Positions 59,371 through 64,000 of a stretch of 64,000 nt of DNA are shown here, in pieces. Position numbers and translations under genes: made by a program. Below the pieces are notes generated by a model. The model was not told where the DNA came from and did not search any database. It saw only the letters and a list, made by a program, of their open reading frames with translations. This stretch comes from Candidatus Borrarchaeum weybense (GTDB lineage Archaea; Asgardarchaeota; Sifarchaeia; Borrarchaeales; Borrarchaeaceae). How positions within the stretch are numbered: position 1 is the first letter of the stretch; every line of letters starts with the position of its first letter. The DNA lies in NCBI GenBank assembly GCA_019057385.1, contig JAHQJS010000006.1, positions 96,001 to 160,000 on the forward strand. Reading direction: 5' to 3'.

Positions 59371-61041
59371 ATGGCATTAAATCTAGGAGGAGTGCCAATC
59401 CTGATTCTTAAGGAAGGCACAGAAAGAACAACAAAAAGAAAAGCTCAAATGAACAACATCGCTGCTGGTAAAGTTATCGCTGAAGCCGTTAAATCAGCTC
59501 TAGGTCCACGTGGTATGGATAAGATGCTTGTAGACTCTCTAGGTGATATTGTAATAACGAACGATGGTGCTACTATTCTTGATGAAATGGACGTGAAACA
59601 TCCCGCTGCGAAAATGATGGTTCAGGTTGCAAAGGCCCAAGACGATGAGGTTGGCGACGGAACAACATCCGCTGTTATTATAGCAGGTCAACTACTTAAA
59701 GGAAGCGAGGAACTGTTAGAATCAAAGATTCATCCAACAACAATTGTCGCTGGACTAAAGAAAGCAGCCACTAAGGCTACTGAAATTTTAGACAATATGG
59801 CAGTCGATATCGACCCTGAAGACGTAGCTACTTTAAAGAAAGTTGCAATGACAGCTATGAACAGTAAAAGTATCGCTGGATCAAAAGATCTTTTTGCAGA
59901 TATCACAGCAAAAGCTATTGGTCTTGTCAAGGAAGATCGTAATGGAAAGCTTGTTGCAGATTTAGATCATGTAAGTATAGTTAAAAAACAAGGCATGGGC
60001 TTAACAGACACAGAACTTGTAAGAGGCATGGTAATCGACAAAGAAATTCTTCACCCTGCGATGCCTAGACGGGTAACTAACGCTAGAATCGCGATTCTTG
60101 ATGCCGCACTAGAGATCGAAAAGACAGAATTTGACGCAGAGATACGTATATCTGATCCTTTCCAAGTCAAGGCTCTAATGGAAGAGGAAGACCGAATGCT
60201 TAAATCTCTCGCTGAAAAGGTAATAAATACAGGTGCCAACGTTTTGCTATGCCAGAAGGGCATAGAGGATGACATAGTAGGTTTCTTAGCAAAAGCAGGT
60301 ATTCTGTCAGTACGACGTGTTAAAAAGAGCGACATGAAAAGACTCGCAAGAGCTACAGGCGGAAGAATTGTGAGCAATGTAAAAGAACTATCAGCCGATG
60401 TTCTTGGAAGTGCAGGCGTTGTTGAAGAAGCGACGCTCGGCGATGACAAAATGGTCTACATAAGAGACTGCGCAGATCCAAAAGCAGTTACAGTTGTAAT
60501 CAGAGGAGGCTCTAGCCAAGTAGTAGACGAGGCTGAGAGGGCCTTGCACGACGCGCTCTGTGTAGTGCGCAATGCAGTTCAAGATAAGAAGATCGTAGCA
60601 GGCGGAGGAGCTCCGGAAATAGAAGTTGCTAAAGGACTTCGCGAATATGCTGGAACTATTGGTGGCAGAGAACAAATTGCGATCGAAATATTTGCAGATG
60701 CATTAGAAACGATTCCAAAAACGCTAGGCGAAAACGCTGGCTGGGATCCAATCACTATCATTGTAGAACTAAGAGCAAAGCACGAAACTCCAGAAGGAAA
60801 ATGGTTCGGTATAAATGTCTACACTGGCAAGCCTAGTGACATGATGTCAGAAGGTGTCATCGAACCATTATCTGTCAAGAAACAAGCAATTAAAAGCGCA
60901 AGTGAAGCAGCACACATGATACTTAGGATCGATGACGTCATTGCCAGTAAAGCTGAGAGAGGCCCACCTATGCCCCCAGGCGGAATGGGCGGAATGCCCC
61001 CAGGCATGGGCGGAATGGGCGGAATGCCCGGCATGATGTAA
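59371..61041 (+). CDS. thsB: Thermosome (group II chaperonin) subunit 2 with GGM tail
   Basis: [30 protein letters not shown] repeats; SD GGAGG. The label is positional only. Confidence 0.97.
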   Translation: MALNLGGVPILILKEGTERTTKRKAQMNNIAAGKVIAEAVKSALGPRGMDKMLVDSLGDIVITNDGATILDEMDVKHPAAKMMVQVAKAQDDEVGDGTTSAVIIAGQLLKGSEELLESKIHPTTIVAGLKKAATKATEILDNMAVDIDPEDVATLKKVAMTAMNSKSIAGSKDLFADITAKAIGLVKEDRNGKLVADLDHVSIVKKQGMGLTDTELVRGMVIDKEILHPAMPRRVTNARIAILDAALEIEKTEFDAEIRISDPFQVKALMEEEDRMLKSLAEKVINTGANVLLCQKGIEDDIVGFLAKAGILSVRRVKKSDMKRLARATGGRIVSNVKELSADVLGSAGVVEEATLGDDKMVYIRDCADPKAVTVVIRGGSSQVVDEAERALHDALCVVRNAVQDKKIVAGGGAPEIEVAKGLREYAGTIGGREQIAIEIFADALETIPKTLGENAGWDPITIIVELRAKHETPEGKWFGINVYTGKPSDMMSEGVIEPLSVKKQAIKSASEAAHMILRIDDVIASKAERGPPMPPGGMGGMPPGMGGMGGMPGMM

Positions 61042-61070
61042 AAGAGCATAAAACGTCTATAGACTAATAT

Positions 61071-61104
61071 CTTTTCTCTTCTTCTTTTTTTAATTCTTTT
61101 TTTA
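61071..61104 (+). terminator. Pyrimidine/oligo-T terminator after the thermosome pair
   Basis: CTTTTCTCTTCTTCTTTTTTTAATTCTTTTTTT about 30 nt after the stop. Confidence 0.6.
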
Positions 61105-61290
61105 TAACAGAAAAAAACGAGTAACAAAGTCGGCAATTAAGGCAATACACATGATGCTACCGATCTAAAACGTTATGATTATACATAACGCTCGTTATGA
61201 AAAACGTCTATAACTAGAAAAAGAAAGCGTCTCCGCTCTCTCCCCTACCGCGTCGTTGAAAAAAATATTCGCGATCATTATATATTGTGT

Positions 61291-61443
61291 TCAAGCAATT
61301 ACGATTTTCAAGCGATCAATGACTTCATCGCAAGCATCGCATACCCACTTATACTCGCCTTCTCTACCATTTTCACCGTTATGGTTTATAATAAAGCGGG
61401 CGTGCACTTCTTTTCCACATTTAGGACAGATTTTAGTTTCCAT
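61291..61443 (-). CDS. Small zinc-ribbon protein (50 aa)
   Basis: METKICPKCG...WVCDACD: two CxxC pairs; GGAG upstream of ATG 61443. Confidence 0.7.
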   Translation of the reverse strand: METKICPKCGKEVHARFIINHNGENGREGEYKWVCDACDEVIDRLKIVIA

Positions 61444-61723
61444 AGTTGTGTTACAACTCCAATAACTGTTTCTATAGTTGCTTTGCAAATGCAAAGATTG
61501 TAATATAACTCCAGACAATTTCTAGAGTTCTGGAGTCTAATATATGTAGATCTTTTTAAATCTTTGGATTAAATCCTCTATAATTGACTATTGTCAACCT
61601 TTGTAAATGTAAAGACTAAACTGGATTTTTTTAAGAATGTCTTTTATACAGTCTATTACGTATTCTAAGTCTCTTATGTAGACGCGCTCAGTATTAACAC
61701 GAACGTGTCTAAAAAAAATCATG

Positions 61724-62665
61724 TTACTCATTAAACTGAGACAGTTCGTCAGCGATATCCAAAGCCTTTCTAACGACGTCTTCAGCATCATTTCCAGTGA
61801 TATACATGCAGGGTTCGATGCCAAAAGCTCCAATGTCGCAGATACAATCTGGGACTATACCATTAACCATCTCAATTGCCGAAGTCATTCCCCACGTTTC
61901 AATGTCTATTATCTCTTTTGGTGCATTCTCTCTATTAAATTCAGAGACAGATAAATTTAATTCTTGACACGCTCGATTAATTTCTTCGTCGTATCTGGCG
62001 TTCATTACAGCCCTTTTGTTCGAATCAAACTTCATAATTGTTAATAGAACTAAAGCGATATGATGCGAAACGTTGAATGCTGGTCTTTCGACGGCTTTAG
62101 GTTTACCTCTAACGAGAACAATGCGACCTGGAATCCCGGCTACTTCCATAACATCATGTGCATCAGGAACAGCCATCGCTAAATTTACGCGCAGTTTAGG
62201 CATGAGCACACTAAAAGTTTCGCTTTTTTCTAATAAACTGACAGCACGTTCCATATTTGAAAGCACATATGATCGTTCTGAGATTTCCATTGAGTCCAAA
62301 ATTCTGAGTTCTGTACACACATTACATTCGTCTCCTAAAGGAAGTATGCGTTTATGTTCTCTGCAAACAAAGCTTCCTTCACGTAGCGAAAAACAGCTTT
62401 TGCAAAGTTCTAATATAATTTCTTTTGGGCCTATATCTGATAAGTCAATTGAGCGTGCTAAGTTCTTAGCGATATCTTCAAAGCTTGAATCAGTTTCCCG
62501 CAATTTCATATTAGATAAATATTTCGAAACGCTTGCTTGAGTTAAACCTAGAGTCTGAGCAACTTTTTCTTGAGTATAGTTATAACTTTCACTTAATTCT
62601 CTTGCAACCAGTCGTCTTAAACGTGGTAAATACATTTTCACAATGATTTCGCAAGGTGGACGCAT
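61724..62665 (-). CDS. thiR: ThiR-type regulator: XRE HTH fused to a ThiN (thiamine-phosphate synthase)-like domain
   Basis: MRPPCE..LP..R..VARELS..TQ..VA..LGLTQASVSKYL, Cys-rich linker, RVNLA, VAGIPGRI, SHHIA, D.G.FGIEP. Confidence 0.85.
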   Translation of the reverse strand: MRPPCEIIVKMYLPRLRRLVARELSESYNYTQEKVAQTLGLTQASVSKYLSNMKLRETDSSFEDIAKNLARSIDLSDIGPKEIILELCKSCFSLREGSFVCREHKRILPLGDECNVCTELRILDSMEISERSYVLSNMERAVSLLEKSETFSVLMPKLRVNLAMAVPDAHDVMEVAGIPGRIVLVRGKPKAVERPAFNVSHHIALVLLTIMKFDSNKRAVMNARYDEEINRACQELNLSVSEFNRENAPKEIIDIETWGMTSAIEMVNGIVPDCICDIGAFGIEPCMYITGNDAEDVVRKALDIADELSQFNE

Positions 62666-63026
62666 ATTTATCCCTTATCTCGTTTTTTGTTTGTACACTC
62701 CTGAGCGAACTTTCTACGAATGTATTTAAGTGACGTGCGCGAATATAAACCCTTGCTTCATAACATTACAAGGGCAATAATCTCTTTTCGCTGTTTTTTC
62801 GTTGATTTTTCAAGTAGAAGAGTTTATATGCTTACTTTCTGTGATATATATAGTAAGACAGAAGTCTACACACATCTTACTCATTCTTTAAGTAAGATGA
62901 ATATCAAAATTGAAACGAACTATTCACCCAAAATACAAAATAGTTATGAATAATGAAATTGTGAATTACTCAGAAAAAATTATCCCTAACTATCTATAGG
63001 TTGACGTTAATCTGAGCATAGGGGCG

Positions 63027-64000
63027 ATGGCGTTGTCATCTCATTCTAAATATGCAAAATATTTGTCTATAATCAATACCCTACGAGAACAGTTTCAGGC
63101 AATTGGAACTAAAGTTGAAGATGTAAGCGAATCTATAACTACAGTTACCAATATATCAAAAAAACTTGAGCAGCTTCACAAGGAACTTAAAGAAGCGACA
63201 GGTTGGAGACAAAAAGGAAAGCGAAAACAACTTGAGGAAGATATTGATAAACGAACAGATCTTCTTAAGGATAAGTTCTCAGACTGTGCCCTTACTTTCT
63301 ATAACATGTTTGTGAAGGAAATCAATAAACTTAAACCTTTAAGCAGTGATTTATCGGCTATAGATTCGAAAAGCGTACAATCACTTCAGATGTTGAAAAC
63401 CCCACCAAGACTTGATGACACTTTTACGTTTCTTGATAATATGGGGAATGCTACAAGTAGACTACTAACCATAACCACTTCTTTTCGAAACAAGTTATTA
63501 AAAGAAGACTCAAGCATTTTAGACGAGAACAGACTCACGTTAAAAACGTATGATAAGTATTTGTCAATCGATCAGGCAAAAACTCCCTTATCTGCGTCAA
63601 AGGAAAGAGTCACTGAGACTGCAATAGATGAACTCTTGACGCTTCGTTCTAGACTCATGGAGGAAAAACTGTATCTAGAAAGTCGGCGGGACGAAGTAAT
63701 ATCTCTTCTCCAATCTAAATTACTAAATGAATTATCGTCTTTTGAGACTTATGTTAACACAGCAGAAAAAATTGGGGTTCAGGTACCTCCTACAGTGTCC
63801 CAGAACATCGAGACGATTCGTAAGAGTACAAACACTGATAATCTGACTAGTTTACTCAGTCTCGATAACCAGTTTGAAAGTATTAAGGATAAATTTGGCA
63901 ATTTAATAAAGGACTCTGTGGTGAACGTAGAACATGATATCATCAATTTATTGCTTAATGTAGGTATCACTAAGAAATCCGAGGTAATTCCCAATACACC
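63027..64000 (+). CDS. Large alpha-helical/coiled-coil hypothetical protein, truncated by the window edge
   Basis: Not in the track. Manual translation MALSSHSKYAKYLSIINTLREQF... stays open for at least 324 codons to the edge; amphipathic L/E/K-rich helices and no recognised motif. Confidence 0.85.
   Translation, partial: MALSSHSKYAKYLSIINTLREQFQAIGTKVEDVSESITTVTNISKKLEQLHKELKEATGWRQKGKRKQLEEDIDKRTDLLKDKFSDCALTFYNMFVKEINKLKPLSSDLSAIDSKSVQSLQMLKTPPRLDDTFTFLDNMGNATSRLLTITTSFRNKLLKEDSSILDENRLTLKTYDKYLSIDQAKTPLSASKERVTETAIDELLTLRSRLMEEKLYLESRRDEVISLLQSKLLNELSSFETYVNTAEKIGVQVPPTVSQNIETIRKSTNTDNLTSLLSLDNQFESIKDKFGNLIKDSVVNVEHDIINLLLNVGITKKSEVIPNT

Noticed and set aside
61190-61293. Selenocysteine read-through of the Zn-ribbon TGA with a downstream purine-rich element
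   Set aside because: The TGA is not at a Cys-equivalent position and no convincing SECIS fold is seen
423-63994. The many short ORFs in the track that overlap long genes (e.g. 999..1367, 2872..3240, 54518..54904, 60051..60449, 62073..62540, 63779..63994)
   Set aside because: They are antisense or off-frame shadows of well-supported genes, including the two edge-truncated genes, and carry no motifs
1-64000. CRISPR arrays, tRNA, rRNA, integrase or intact transposase
   Set aside because: No regularly spaced repeats, cloverleaf/T-loop signatures or such ORFs were seen by eye; a tRNAscan/Infernal run would be needed to exclude small RNAs fully

Overview
Archaeal genomic DNA, AT-rich. The group II chaperonins, the insert-less DnaK, the Phr-type and ThiR regulators and the BRE/TATA promoters point to a TACK/Asgard-type archaeon. 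I lean Asgard but cannot prove the lineage from this window. Bases 1 to about 52,100 are a large, mosaic surface-glycosylation island: 9 GT4, 5 GT2, 10 polytopic GT-C-fold (lipid-phosphate-sugar-dependent) transferases, 7 SAM methyltransferases, 3 NDP-sugar epimerase/dehydratases, a WbpB/WbpD/WbpE-like trio, a polysaccharide deacetylase, DUF2304, DUF362, TIGR04076, a radical SAM/SPASM enzyme and a CruF-like protein. No canonical AglB (WWDYG) and no flippase are visible. Bases from about 52,400 to 61,100 are a heat-shock cluster: grpE-dnaK-dnaJ-phr followed by two tandem thermosome genes. It carries a Phr/HSR1-type operator, and the first thermosome gene probably starts at a non-canonical AUA. 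The window ends with a small Zn-ribbon gene, thiR and a long helical ORF cut by the edge. Five elements are missing from the supplied ORF track: the two edge-truncated genes, a 70-codon TnpB N-terminal remnant between phr and the thermosome genes, and two IS200/IS605 right-end (omega-RNA-like) relics that now supply the stop codons of glycosyltransferase genes. All family assignments come from motif recognition by eye; no database search was run.
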